A stretch of 63,845 bases of DNA, filler included. It is 6 parts of 6 records of this genome, joined end to end, with 100 filler letters (N's around TTAATTAATTAA, not from the genome) between each part and the next. Parts side by side here need not be neighbours in the genome. Positions count along the whole stretch, not along the records: positions 1 to 24,428 come from SRR31156797_17489; 5 more parts are not named here. One strand, 5' to 3'. This document shows, piece after piece, positions 1 to 9,745 of the stretch. The notes under the pieces are model-generated. The model did not search any database and was not told where the DNA came from. It saw nothing but the letters and a program-made list of their open reading frames with translations. The position numbers were made by a program, and so were the translations under genes. Position 1 is the stretch's first letter. Each line of letters begins with the position of its first letter.

Positions 1-27
1 AAAAACTTCACTGATGAGAAATTCGGG

Positions 28-1284
28 CTATGATACATTGGACATACGAGCTGACACCAGGAGAGAACTATTTTGCACTATCCCTATACGGGGGGCTTGA
101 TTTGTAATATTTGTAATGAGTGCAGAAATCTGCTCTGGTGCCTGTTTATTGATATCCAATTTTGCACAGATATCACCTGAGAGAGAGGTCACGAAAACGA
201 TATTGATTCGGTTTGTTTTCTCCATCATTGCCAGGGCTGTACCACCATTGCCTGTATAGTTACCAGCTAATGCATTGAACGCATTACTCCACCCTCCCAA
301 CTCAAAATAGGGTAAAAAAGTAGTTGAGCCTATCCCATCCCGGCACTGTGCAAACATGACCAGTGTGCCGCCATCTCGAACCAGATTGGCCGCATTATGG
401 AGAGATTTATGTGCTTGAATCATGTTTATATCTTTTGGGAAACCACCTGCTGAGGCGAGAAGCAGGTCAAATGGTTTCTCAATCTCAACCTTATAGCATT
501 CATCCAGTATCCTGCAGACACGAAGAAAATCATTGTAGGTCTTTCCGAAATGGTAGCTCGACGGCTTCCCCTCACTATTTAAAACAGCATGGATGGAATC
601 ATAACCAGGAAGCATCTCATGAATTTCTCTCAGGTCTGCTGCCAATGGATTACCATCCAGCTGGCCAGGCCAGCACCCTGGAGCAAGTTGTGTATTGTCT
701 TTATCCAAAAACAGTCCATGATTTGCATAAATTGCTTTTTTTTCTCCTAATCCTGGAAAAAGCAGCTTCCTTCCACCTCCGTACCCTGCAAAGTAGTGAT
801 GTGATACAGCACCGATTGTGAGAATGTATTCAGACTCGGCAACATCACGTCGCATTAGTACCTCTGTACCCTGTCGAGTTTTTCCCAGAGAGACAAAGAG
901 TTCCTGCTGTGCACAATCGTGATGAATAAACCGGTAATGCTGATACACTTCCCCGTATGCTGTAATGCACTCATCCTTGGACTGCGGCAAGTGCGTGCCA
1001 TAGGCAATATAAAAGGTAATCTGATCATCAGTTATGGCTTTTTCATGCAAGGTTTCTATAACCCAAGGGAGAATTTGCTGATAACCGCATAACCTGGTTT
1101 TATCAGCTACCACGATTGCTACCTGTCCTTTCACTGCCTTGTTGCCAATGAGCTGGTTCAGTCCATTGACAAATGTGCCTTTTCCCACCGTTGACAGCGG
1201 CTCTGTGGCATTAAGCTGTTGTATCCTCTCAGGAAGCCTTAACGCGACCTCCCCATGTCCGTACTTAAAAACCACTGTTTTCAA
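28..1284 (-). CDS. larA: LarA-superfamily nickel-pincer (NPN)-dependent 2-hydroxyacid racemase/epimerase
   Basis: 418 aa with LarA motifs: ADKTR (DxTR), AYGTH, HHYFAGYGGGRK (catalytic His and NPN-binding Lys), ANH and SAGGFPKDINMIQAHK. Lies 11 nt downstream of lhgO on the same strand. Confidence 0.88.
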   Translation of the reverse strand: MKTVVFKYGHGEVALRLPERIQQLNATEPLSTVGKGTFVNGLNQLIGNKAVKGQVAIVVADKTRLCGYQQILPWVIETLHEKAITDDQITFYIAYGTHLPQSKDECITAYGEVYQHYRFIHHDCAQQELFVSLGKTRQGTEVLMRRDVAESEYILTIGAVSHHYFAGYGGGRKLLFPGLGEKKAIYANHGLFLDKDNTQLAPGCWPGQLDGNPLAADLREIHEMLPGYDSIHAVLNSEGKPSSYHFGKTYNDFLRVCRILDECYKVEIEKPFDLLLASAGGFPKDINMIQAHKSLHNAANLVRDGGTLVMFAQCRDGIGSTTFLPYFELGGWSNAFNALAGNYTGNGGTALAMMEKTNRINIVFVTSLSGDICAKLDINKQAPEQISALITNITNQAPRIGIVQNSSLLVSARMSNVS

Positions 1285-1295
1285 TACACGCCCTC

Positions 1296-2504
1296 TTACA
1301 GGTTGAATTTTTCCGCAGCCTTGGTCGACAAATATTCGCCGATTGGAATAGCCGATGTAGCAGCCGGAGAAGGTGCATTGCAGACATGTAGAGACCGGCC
1401 TGTCTCAGCAAAAAGAAAATCATGTACCAAGGTACCATCTTGCATGACCGCCTGGGCTCTGATACCGGCAGGATAAGGAAGCAGATCTTTCACCCTTATT
1501 TGCGGGCAGTATTTTTGCACCCGTTTAAGGTAGCCTGGTTTATAAAAGGAGTCGATCGTCTCCTGGATTCCGGTATGCAGATTATGACCAAGTATTTTCC
1601 AGAACCCTTTATATTGCACCATCTGTGCGATATCCTTTACACTCGCATTGAAACACCCATACCCTTCTCTTTTCCAACCCAACACAGCATTGGGGCCGAC
1701 GGTTATGGAACCATCCACCATTGGTGTAAGATGGACCCCAAGAAAAGGGAGATCTGGATCAGGAATAGGATAAATCAGATGTTTGACAATATTTTTCATA
1801 GCAGATGGTAACTGATAGTACTCCCCCCTGAACGGAACAATCTGGAAAGCAAGATCAATATCCATCATCCTCGCCAAGCGGTCTGCCATCAAGCCTCCGC
1901 AAACAACCAGATGTGCAGCATGGATACGGTAGCCTGCTGCCTGTACTCGAACACCCTGTTCCTGCTCATCAATTTTGAATACTTCAGCATCAAAAAGCGT
2001 TTTGCCGCCAAGATCTTTAAATAGATTGTTCATTTGGCGGGTGATACCTGGATAGTCGGTAATCGCAGTAGCTTGGACAAACAGCGCACCTTTGCCGACA
2101 ATATTGGGTTCTTGGCGCCTGAGTTCTGATGCGGATATGGTTTGCACGTCGATGCCATTCTCATAGCACCTTTTACGAAGCGCCTCCATCCTTGACATTT
2201 CCAGATCAGAGGTTGCCACCAGGAGCTTCCCGCATTGTTCGTAAGGCAGGTTGTACTGTAAACAGAACGCCTTTGTCTGCCTAGCCCCCTTTTTACACAA
2301 CTCAGCTTTGAGACTGCCAGGCTTATAATAGACGCCTGCATGCACAACACCAGAGTTATGACCCGTCTGATGGTAGGCGCAGTGCTGTTCTTTGTCTAAC
2401 AGAAGGATGTTTAACTTTGGAAACCTTTTTTTAAGCTGGAGGGCGGTTGAGCTACCAACAATACCATTGCCAATAACCAGCAAATCGATGGTAATATGGT
2501 CCAT
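1296..2504 (-). CDS. lhgO: L-2-hydroxyglutarate oxidase/dehydrogenase (FAD)
   Basis: GxGxxG FAD motif, HQTGHNSGVVHAGVYY, PFRGEY, LIYPIPDP-PFLGVHLT and CNAPSPAATSAIPIG, all as in E. coli LhgO. Confidence 0.93.
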   Translation of the reverse strand: MDHITIDLLVIGNGIVGSSTALQLKKRFPKLNILLLDKEQHCAYHQTGHNSGVVHAGVYYKPGSLKAELCKKGARQTKAFCLQYNLPYEQCGKLLVATSDLEMSRMEALRKRCYENGIDVQTISASELRRQEPNIVGKGALFVQATAITDYPGITRQMNNLFKDLGGKTLFDAEVFKIDEQEQGVRVQAAGYRIHAAHLVVCGGLMADRLARMMDIDLAFQIVPFRGEYYQLPSAMKNIVKHLIYPIPDPDLPFLGVHLTPMVDGSITVGPNAVLGWKREGYGCFNASVKDIAQMVQYKGFWKILGHNLHTGIQETIDSFYKPGYLKRVQKYCPQIRVKDLLPYPAGIRAQAVMQDGTLVHDFLFAETGRSLHVCNAPSPAATSAIPIGEYLSTKAAEKFNL

Positions 2505-2667
2505 TAGTGTCCACTCGTTCTCTGGGTTTGCCGTCTTCTACAATAAGAGCAATTACCTGTTCTAATAATTTAAAACAGTAATCAATAGAACAGGATGCAC
2601 AAGGAGGGGAAGATCATCAACAGAAAAGAAGCGCTTAGGAATACGAAAAAAAGGCCGAATCTAAAAA

Positions 2668-3441
2668 TTAGCGTCGTCCTTCAATGCTTAAATAATTAAG
2701 AGTCGTATGAACCGTGAAGAGGGGAAACAACAGTGCCATAAAAAAGATATTAATAATGGGAATTATACTGATAGCTGCCGGCAGCAGTCCAAGACGAAAA
2801 GCCTGGCTTCGGTGCTGTTTAATCCAGCCTATTTTTTGCCCTAGTTTCCATCGATAACGCGACGACGGAAAATCAATAAACATCAGGGTCGAGTAAAATA
2901 CATACAGAAGGAAAGCGGTTGCCTGCCCAACGACTGGCAGGAAGTTAAGAGCCAGAGCAATAATGGTGACCAGGATCCCAACCATTCCAATCTTTACACC
3001 TTCAATCAAATCGACACAAATACCGGTAAAAGACAATGCCGCTTCCCCTTCCCTAGCCTGTCCGGTATAGCGATTTCCGGCAATCAAGCTCAAAAAAACA
3101 TAGCCAGGTGTGGTCAGGCAGTAAGCCAGAAGAAAGGCAAGATAAAAGGCTATTACCCGAGAAACGATTATAAAAAGCCACCGTAACGCTGTCCACCCCC
3201 ACACAACAGGCCAACTCCAGAAATGAGCTGTTTCAGGCGGATGAACGAAAAAGTTGCCGGTCAATGAATCAATGAAGGCAAGGCTTTCGTAGGTGCCCAG
3301 CCAAGTAAGCAGCCCGGTGGCAACCACCAGCATCATACTGAGACCCAGCACCTTGGGATAACGAAAAATAAAACGTGTAGAATAACCAAGGGATACCCAA
3401 GGTGCGGCAAATGGACGGGATTGAGAAGTGTGGCCCTGCAT
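2668..3441 (-). CDS. EI24/CysZ-like membrane protein
   Basis: 257 aa with several hydrophobic segments, LNFLPVVG and FIDFPSSR motifs typical of the EI24/CysZ family. Confidence 0.65.
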   Translation of the reverse strand: MQGHTSQSRPFAAPWVSLGYSTRFIFRYPKVLGLSMMLVVATGLLTWLGTYESLAFIDSLTGNFFVHPPETAHFWSWPVVWGWTALRWLFIIVSRVIAFYLAFLLAYCLTTPGYVFLSLIAGNRYTGQAREGEAALSFTGICVDLIEGVKIGMVGILVTIIALALNFLPVVGQATAFLLYVFYSTLMFIDFPSSRYRWKLGQKIGWIKQHRSQAFRLGLLPAAISIIPIINIFFMALLFPLFTVHTTLNYLSIEGRR

Positions 3442-3468
3442 GATGTACCGGAGAAAAAATAATTGTGT

Positions 3469-4200
3469 TTATAAAATCTGTTTGAGAAATAACTTAGTAC
3501 GTTCGGATTCAGGATTAATAAAAAAGTGCTCGGGCGAGCCTTTTTCCATTATCCGCCCCGCATCCATAAACAGTACTTCGTCGGCAACTTCTCTGGCAAA
3601 ACCCATTTCATGGGTGACGACCGCCATAGTCATTCCCTCCTTGGCCAGGGTTTTCATTACATCCAACACTTCTCCAATCATTTCTGGATCCAAGGCAGAT
3701 GTGGGTTCATCAAAAAGTAGAACCTTAGGTTCCATAGCAAGGGAACGAGCAATGGCTACCCGCTGCTGTTGCCCCCCTGAAAGCTGCGCAGGGTAAACAC
3801 CTGCCTTATCGCGGATACCGACTTTATTGAGCAATGCCATGCCGATGGACACAGCCTCTTTTTTAGATCGCTTACGCACGACCTGCTGAGCAATGGTCAG
3901 ATTTTCAATAACCGTTTTATGCGGAAACAGATTAAAAGACTGGAACACCATCCCCACTTCTTCACGGACTTTATTAATATCTGTTTTGGGCGACAGGATA
4001 TCGACCCCATCGATAAAGATATGTCCCGAATCTGGGTATTCCAGCCGATTCAAACAGCGAAGAAAAGTTGATTTACCAGACCCTGACGGCCCAATAACAA
4101 CAACAACCTGTCCCTGCTCAATGGTATGGGACACATCATACAGAGCCTGTATTTCTTCCGGGGCATAAAAGGTTTTATATATATTTTTTACTTCTATCAT
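3469..4200 (-). CDS. Polar amino-acid ABC transporter ATP-binding protein (GlnQ-like)
   Basis: Walker A GPSGSGKS, signature [25 protein letters not shown] and VTHEMGFA. Confidence 0.95.
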   Translation of the reverse strand: MIEVKNIYKTFYAPEEIQALYDVSHTIEQGQVVVVIGPSGSGKSTFLRCLNRLEYPDSGHIFIDGVDILSPKTDINKVREEVGMVFQSFNLFPHKTVIENLTIAQQVVRKRSKKEAVSIGMALLNKVGIRDKAGVYPAQLSGGQQQRVAIARSLAMEPKVLLFDEPTSALDPEMIGEVLDVMKTLAKEGMTMAVVTHEMGFAREVADEVLFMDAGRIMEKGSPEHFFINPESERTKLFLKQIL

Positions 4201-4230
4201 TATGAATCTCTACACTTAGAAAGTGTGTGC

Positions 4231-5238
4231 TTATTGTACTGATTTACGCTCCAGATACTGGACAAACATAGAAAAGGCAAATGTCAGCAACAGGTAAAGG
4301 ATTGCACATAAAAACCACAATTCGAAGGGTTGTAGACTGGTGGTGACAGCTTCCCTGGTTGCCTTGGTCAGGTCACGAATGGCAATGACGCCGAGCAACG
4401 AAGAATCCTTGATCATACTGATAAACTGCCCGGCAAGCGGCGGCAGAATCCGTCGAAACGCCTGTGGCAGTATAATATGACGCATGGCTCGATACTTGGA
4501 CATCCCAAGTGAGCGAGCTGCCTCAACCTGGCCGGGGTGAATAGACTGAATCCCAGCCCGAACAATCTCTGCAACATAAGCCCCGGCAAAAATGGCAAGG
4601 GAAGCCACCCCAAACCAAAGTGGTGATATCTGCCCCAAGCCAATATTAGCCAACATCGAATTAATTAGAGTACCCAGTACAAAATACCAGATAAAAATCT
4701 GAACTAGCAAAGGTGAGCCTCGGATCAGTTCAATATAGGTTATTGCCGACATCCGCAATGCAGGATTCTGAGAAATGCGTGCAAGCCCGGTAAGCAGCCC
4801 CAGAATTACCCCAAAAACAATAGCAATCGAACTAACTTTCAGGGTCACCCAAAGCCCTACGAGCAATAAACCGGCCTTCCAGCAGGTCTCCTGCGCCAAG
4901 ACATCACCCATAAAGACAGTATCGTTTTCACCTACGACAATACCGCTGGCAGGCACAGTATATGATTCGGTAAAATCATCCTCGCCGGACACTTCGATCT
5001 GGGCAGTCTCACCATTGAGCGTTATACCACTAACAACCCCTTCAATTTCGGTTCGAATATCAACCTGTTCTTCATAATAAAAATATTTTGGAATCCTGTT
5101 CCAACGCCAGACATAATCAACTTGAAGGGTAGCAGCATAGAGACAGCCAAGGCCGCCAATGACCATAAGGGCAAAAACACTGTACCAAAACAGATTATAT
5201 TTCCGGGTTTGCTGAGCACGTGAAGATGAGTCAAACAT
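4231..5238 (-). CDS. Polar amino-acid ABC transporter permease (HisM/GlnP family) with an extra soluble insertion
   Basis: YIELIRGSPLLVQI, AYVAEIVRAGIQSI-GQVEAARSLG (EAA loop) and IKDSSL. At 335 aa it is longer than usual. Confidence 0.92.
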   Translation of the reverse strand: MFDSSSRAQQTRKYNLFWYSVFALMVIGGLGCLYAATLQVDYVWRWNRIPKYFYYEEQVDIRTEIEGVVSGITLNGETAQIEVSGEDDFTESYTVPASGIVVGENDTVFMGDVLAQETCWKAGLLLVGLWVTLKVSSIAIVFGVILGLLTGLARISQNPALRMSAITYIELIRGSPLLVQIFIWYFVLGTLINSMLANIGLGQISPLWFGVASLAIFAGAYVAEIVRAGIQSIHPGQVEAARSLGMSKYRAMRHIILPQAFRRILPPLAGQFISMIKDSSLLGVIAIRDLTKATREAVTTSLQPFELWFLCAILYLLLTFAFSMFVQYLERKSVQ

Positions 5239-5264
5239 GAAAGATACCGCAGGTAAAAAAGGAA

Positions 5265-5289
5265 ACCGGGAGAGAGAATCTCTCCCGGT
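5265..5289 (-). terminator. Intra-operon hairpin between the binding-protein and permease genes (partial terminator or mRNA stabiliser)
   Basis: Perfect 11-bp stem ACCGGGAGAGA-gaa-TCTCTCCCGGT, followed on the minus strand by TTCCTTTTTT. Confidence 0.6.
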
Positions 5290-5300
5290 AAAAAATGAAC

Positions 5301-6125
5301 TTACTGCATATTCTTACGCCATTGAGTGCTTTCAAACCATTTATGATACAGCTTCTGGTAACGGCCGTCGTTTTTGATCTGATGCATGAAGTTATTCAGA
5401 TAATTAATAAAATCAGGGTCACCTTTACGAATACCCCAGGCAAGCGGTTCAAAGGTAAACGGTTTTTTAATCAAATACAGTTTATCTCCACCCTGCTCTG
5501 CGGTAAAGATAGAAGTAAAGGGCAAGTCATAAATCATGGCATCTGCTTTACCGTTCAAGACTTCAAGCGCGGCATCGGTTTCAGTCTCAAATGATTTGTA
5601 ATTGGCCTTTGGCAGATACCGTTTTGCTGCCATCTCACCGGTGGTTCCAAGTTTGGAAACGACGGTAAATGCGGGATCATTCAAATCGCTGTAACTGTTG
5701 ACTTTACCCTTGTGTTTGCTGTTGACCATAGGGGTCTGACCGATAACAATGAAGGGTTCCACAAAATTAATCTTCAGATTACGTTCTTGGGTTACAGTCA
5801 TACCCGCAGTGATAAGATCGATTTTGTCAGTCAGCAAGGCTGGAATAATGCCATCGAAAGCCATGTTAACAGGCACGTACTTAACGCCCATGGACTTGGC
5901 CAGCTCACGGGCCAGGTCAATTTCAAATCCGACAAATTTTCCGTTTTTATCTGTCATCTCAAACGGCATGTAACCAGAGTCAATTCCACATCGCAGTTCC
6001 CCGCGCTTTAAAATGGATTCAATGGTGGATTTGCTGGCAAGGTCTATATCAGCGGCTGTCGCATTCATCACCATTGCAGCAACACTGAGTAAAGCCAATG
6101 CTACAAGCCTTATTCCCTGTTTCAT
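5301..6125 (-). CDS. Amino-acid ABC transporter substrate-binding protein (SBP family 3)
   Basis: Signal peptide, GYMPFEM, GFEIDLA, GMTVTQER and GTTGE motifs. Confidence 0.93.
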   Translation of the reverse strand: MKQGIRLVALALLSVAAMVMNATAADIDLASKSTIESILKRGELRCGIDSGYMPFEMTDKNGKFVGFEIDLARELAKSMGVKYVPVNMAFDGIIPALLTDKIDLITAGMTVTQERNLKINFVEPFIVIGQTPMVNSKHKGKVNSYSDLNDPAFTVVSKLGTTGEMAAKRYLPKANYKSFETETDAALEVLNGKADAMIYDLPFTSIFTAEQGGDKLYLIKKPFTFEPLAWGIRKGDPDFINYLNNFMHQIKNDGRYQKLYHKWFESTQWRKNMQ

Positions 6126-6181
6126 CTTTTTCTCCTTTACAGATACAATTTATGTTCAGATTATTAATGCTCTTTTTCCCC

Positions 6182-6349
6182 TCAGCCGTACTTCCCTTCG
6201 GTTAAAATTTCTTTTAGCACCATTTCAATTCGGCAATGCTGACATATGGGCATTGCCTCTTTGGGGAAATAGACTATCTGGGTTTGACGACATTTCGGGC
6301 ACACAACCTCAACAGCCTTTTGCCGCTCTTCTTTTGCTTTTCTTGTCAT
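6182..6349 (-). CDS. Small 55-aa dual-CxxC (zinc-ribbon-like) protein
   Basis: ATG at 6349 preceded by a GGAG RBS. Sequence MTRKAKEERQKAVEVVCPKC...CQHC...EGKYG. Co-oriented directly upstream of the ABC operon. Confidence 0.7.
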   Translation of the reverse strand: MTRKAKEERQKAVEVVCPKCRQTQIVYFPKEAMPICQHCRIEMVLKEILTEGKYG

Positions 6350-6537
6350 ATTCAATCTCCACGTCGAAAAGAAAGGTCTGTTATAGTCGTAACGCACAAT
6401 CCAGGCAAGAAATTCCTGTTACAAAATAGACTGCATCTCGCTCACCTTTTCAGGAAAAAAACAGCCCCAGAAAACGGAAGTTAAAACGGCCTCTATGCAT
6501 ACGTCTAATTTCCACCGAACCGGTGGAAAAAAGTTCA

Positions 6538-6822
6538 TCAGCCTTGATAGACGCAGCTTACAAGATCAGAAAGAGTGTACGTAACCTGCCCTGCTGTGAG
6601 TTCACTGAGAATATCATCCAACTGCTGCTGGTCGGAAAACGAGATCCACGTTGCCTCATTTTCCTGCTGCAGAATAATGCCTTTGTCCTGCAGGGAGTCG
6701 ACTGCCTGTTGGAGCTTATTCACCACAAGCCCCAGTACAGAAAAATCATTCATATAAAAATCAGGAAACGTTATTGCCTGATTATAATCAGTACCTTTTT
6801 CAACAATACGAAGCATACCCAT
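6538..6822 (-). CDS. Hypothetical protein (94 aa, ends VYQG)
   Basis: ATG at 6822 after a purine-rich RBS-like tract; plausible alpha/beta composition. The ORF-track upstream extension looks non-coding. Confidence 0.55.
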   Translation of the reverse strand: MGMLRIVEKGTDYNQAITFPDFYMNDFSVLGLVVNKLQQAVDSLQDKGIILQQENEATWISFSDQQQLDDILSELTAGQVTYTLSDLVSCVYQG

Positions 6823-7303
6823 TTTTCTCTTCCCTGGAGAACATTCTCCTTTAAAAGTTATTGAGAAAACTGCATTTAAAAAAAGGGATTGACAGACTCC
6901 CAACATCAGCTGCTGGATGTAGGATCCACCGGTAATACTTTTTGACCGAAACACTAACGAGGATGCCTCATCAGTTCAGCGATGCCAGCTGAAAAACTTT
7001 TGGTAGTAAAAAGTTAAGCGTAGACTCCGAGAGTAGACTTGTTTACTGCCAAAATACAGAAGAAGTTGATTCCGCATGGACTGCCCTTCGGACCAACAAG
7101 GCTCCTGCACCATGGACCAGACTAAATTTCTTTTCCATATTTACTTTGTCACCCAATAAACACTTGGTAACGATCCTAATTGTGATAGAATCACACTAAT
7201 AACTAGTTATAAAAAACTGATCTTAAACTACACTAAAAAAATACTCTTCAAAAATTATGTCTGCCCAAAATGATACTCTAACCAGGTGGGCTGATAACAG
7301 TTT

Positions 7304-9496
7304 GTGAGCAAACAATCTTTATTCACGATTGTACCCCTGCCTATAGCGAGGAAAAGAGTGGCATTAACACATGCAAAAAAACGTTTGAACGCCAAGACTG
7401 TTACTGCTTTGCTGATTGCACTATCCCTGGTTGTCTTTTCTATCTTTGTTTACTTTCATCATCGACATTCCCTCGTACAGGGAACCGCCCAAATACAAAA
7501 CCACGCCACTGTTATCAGCACATCGTTGTGGTCTTATGAACCACAGGCTCCAAAAGCATATCTGGTGCTGGCCGTCAAAGCAAACAGGTATGAACAGGCA
7601 ACAGTCTTTGATGAGCAAGACCAGGTTTTTTTACACATTAATGGGGCTCCTTATACACGGATTGACAGACTGCTTCTCACCTTTGGCCTCCTCCATACCT
7701 ACCAACATAAGGAACCCATCGTTTTTAACGGCGCTACCATCGGTCACATTGATATCAAATGGCCATGCAGGGCAATTTACCCTTACATGTACATTCTTTT
7801 CTGCTTGCTGCTGTTTTTGACAGGCATTTGGTTGTTTCTCACGTTGCTTGATGCAAAAGCACTACTTGAGCAACGGGTTCTTGCACGAACCGCTAAACTG
7901 GAAACGGAAGTACGGGAGAGAAAAAAAGCCGAAGAAAAAATCCGCCTCCAGGCACAGCGTCTGTCCATGCATGTACAGCACACTCCGCTTGCCGTCATCG
8001 AGTTAAGTCCCGATTTTAATATTGTTGAATGGAATAAAGCCGCAGAATCGATCTTTGGGTTTTCACGTGATGAGGTACTGGGTAAGACCCCCAATGAGTT
8101 TCTCTTGCCCCCAGAAGAAAAGGAGCAAATACAAAAAATATGGAACAGCTTAACCAACCAGGCCGGCGGTATACGTTCCATAAATACCAACTTGACAAAA
8201 AATAAAGAAATTAAGACCTGCGAATGGTTCAACACGCCCCTTTTAAACAGTAATGGTGAGGTTAGCGGTGTTGCCTCCCTTGTACTGGACATAACAGACA
8301 GAGTTAAAGCAGAACAGGCCAACAAGGTACTCCAAGAGCAACTGCTCCAGTCACAAAAGATGGAAGCCATAGGTAACCTTGCGGGTGGCATTTCCCATGA
8401 TTTTAACAATCTACTGCAGGGAATATCTGGCTATACCCAGCTCCTGCTTAATAATTGGGATCCTAAAAGCAAGGATTATTCGCGACTGCAGGGCATCCTT
8501 CAAGCCAGTGAACGGGCAACCGATCTGATCAAACAGCTTTTAACCTTGAGCAGAAAAGTCGAAAGTACCCTTGGCCCGCTTGATCTCAATAAACGGGTCA
8601 AACAGATACGTGCCATGCTTGACCATACCATCCCCAAGATGATTGACATCGAAATAGACCTGGCACCAGAGTTATATACTATCAGCGCTGACCCAGTTCA
8701 GATTGAACAAATCATTCTTAATATGGCTATCAACGCCCACCAGGCCATGCCAGATGGGGGCAAACTTTCCATCACTACAAAAAACACTTTTCTGGATGCA
8801 GCGTTTTGTGCAAAACACCTCAAGGCAACCCAAGGGCACAACGTGGTTCTTAAAATTGCAGATAACGGGATTGGCATGGATCAGGCTACCCTGGAGAGAG
8901 TCTTTGAACCATTTTTCACGACCAAGGAAGTTGGACAGGGAACCGGCCTAGGGTTATCAACGGTTTATGGTATAATACAATCCCATGGTGCATATATAGA
9001 ATGCGTGAGCAGCCCAGGAAGGGGTACCGAGTTCACCATTTACTTTCCGGCCATTGCCCAGCAGCAAGAACTGCTCGATATCCCGACAGAAAAGAATTTC
9101 GAACGAGGCAAAAATGAAACAGTCCTGATAGTGGATGACGAAGAGATTGTCCGGGAAATAGGATCCGAGATACTCTCCTCCCATGGCTACACCACCCTGA
9201 TTGCTGAAAGCGGCGAAGAGGCAATAAGGATCTATAGTGAAAACACGGACAAGATCGATTTCGTTATCATGGACTTAAACATGCCGGGCATTGGGGGATT
9301 CAACAGCATCCGGGAACTTAAAAAACTGGACCCTAGTGTGTGTATCCTGGTGGCCAGCGGCTATATTCCGACTGAAAGTGTTAAACAGGCCACCGAGCTA
9401 GGTGCTGATGGTTTCATTTCAAAACCATTTCAAATTCATAGTCTGCTCAAAAAAGTGCGGGAAACCCTTGCGATTGCACGCCAACCCAAAGGATGA
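7304..9496 (+). CDS. Membrane-bound hybrid histidine kinase (PAS-HisKA-HATPase-REC)
   Basis: Two TM segments, a PAS domain (WNKAAESIFG), H-box AGGISHDFNNLL, N/G boxes (DNGIGM, FEPFFTTK, GTGLGL) and a C-terminal receiver (VDDE, MDLNMP, KPF). The true start may be GTG at 7358, which has a GAGGA RBS. Confidence 0.92.
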   Translation: MSKQSLFTIVPLPIARKRVALTHAKKRLNAKTVTALLIALSLVVFSIFVYFHHRHSLVQGTAQIQNHATVISTSLWSYEPQAPKAYLVLAVKANRYEQATVFDEQDQVFLHINGAPYTRIDRLLLTFGLLHTYQHKEPIVFNGATIGHIDIKWPCRAIYPYMYILFCLLLFLTGIWLFLTLLDAKALLEQRVLARTAKLETEVRERKKAEEKIRLQAQRLSMHVQHTPLAVIELSPDFNIVEWNKAAESIFGFSRDEVLGKTPNEFLLPPEEKEQIQKIWNSLTNQAGGIRSINTNLTKNKEIKTCEWFNTPLLNSNGEVSGVASLVLDITDRVKAEQANKVLQEQLLQSQKMEAIGNLAGGISHDFNNLLQGISGYTQLLLNNWDPKSKDYSRLQGILQASERATDLIKQLLTLSRKVESTLGPLDLNKRVKQIRAMLDHTIPKMIDIEIDLAPELYTISADPVQIEQIILNMAINAHQAMPDGGKLSITTKNTFLDAAFCAKHLKATQGHNVVLKIADNGIGMDQATLERVFEPFFTTKEVGQGTGLGLSTVYGIIQSHGAYIECVSSPGRGTEFTIYFPAIAQQQELLDIPTEKNFERGKNETVLIVDDEEIVREIGSEILSSHGYTTLIAESGEEAIRIYSENTDKIDFVIMDLNMPGIGGFNSIRELKKLDPSVCILVASGYIPTESVKQATELGADGFISKPFQIHSLLKKVRETLAIARQPKG

Positions 9497-9666
9497 TATC
9501 GTCACTGCATTTTTCATGGTACTTGACATACCTAATGAATGCCTTCACACCATAGTGTTGCTCTGACGTACTCTCTACGCTGCAGAGATTTTGTCACCCT
9601 AAACATTCTTATAACCCCAGGCCCCAATTGGTGTTGAGATCCCTCAACTTTTGGCAAGATTTAAGG

Positions 9667-9695
9667 TTGACCTCTCCCCCCCTTTCCTCTATCAT
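9667..9695 (+). promoter_or_regulatory. Sigma70-type promoter for the TRAP operon
   Basis: TTGACC-N17-TATCAT, about 50 nt upstream of the dctP start. Confidence 0.55.
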
Positions 9696-9745
9696 CACCG
9701 CCCATTACGTCCTATTTCATTTTCACCCCACATTGAGGAGTCACT

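Noticed and set aside
6940..6975. Possible hammerhead ribozyme (CTGATGAG on the minus strand, CGAAAC nearby)
   Set aside because: The two core motifs are on opposite strands, so the catalytic core cannot form.
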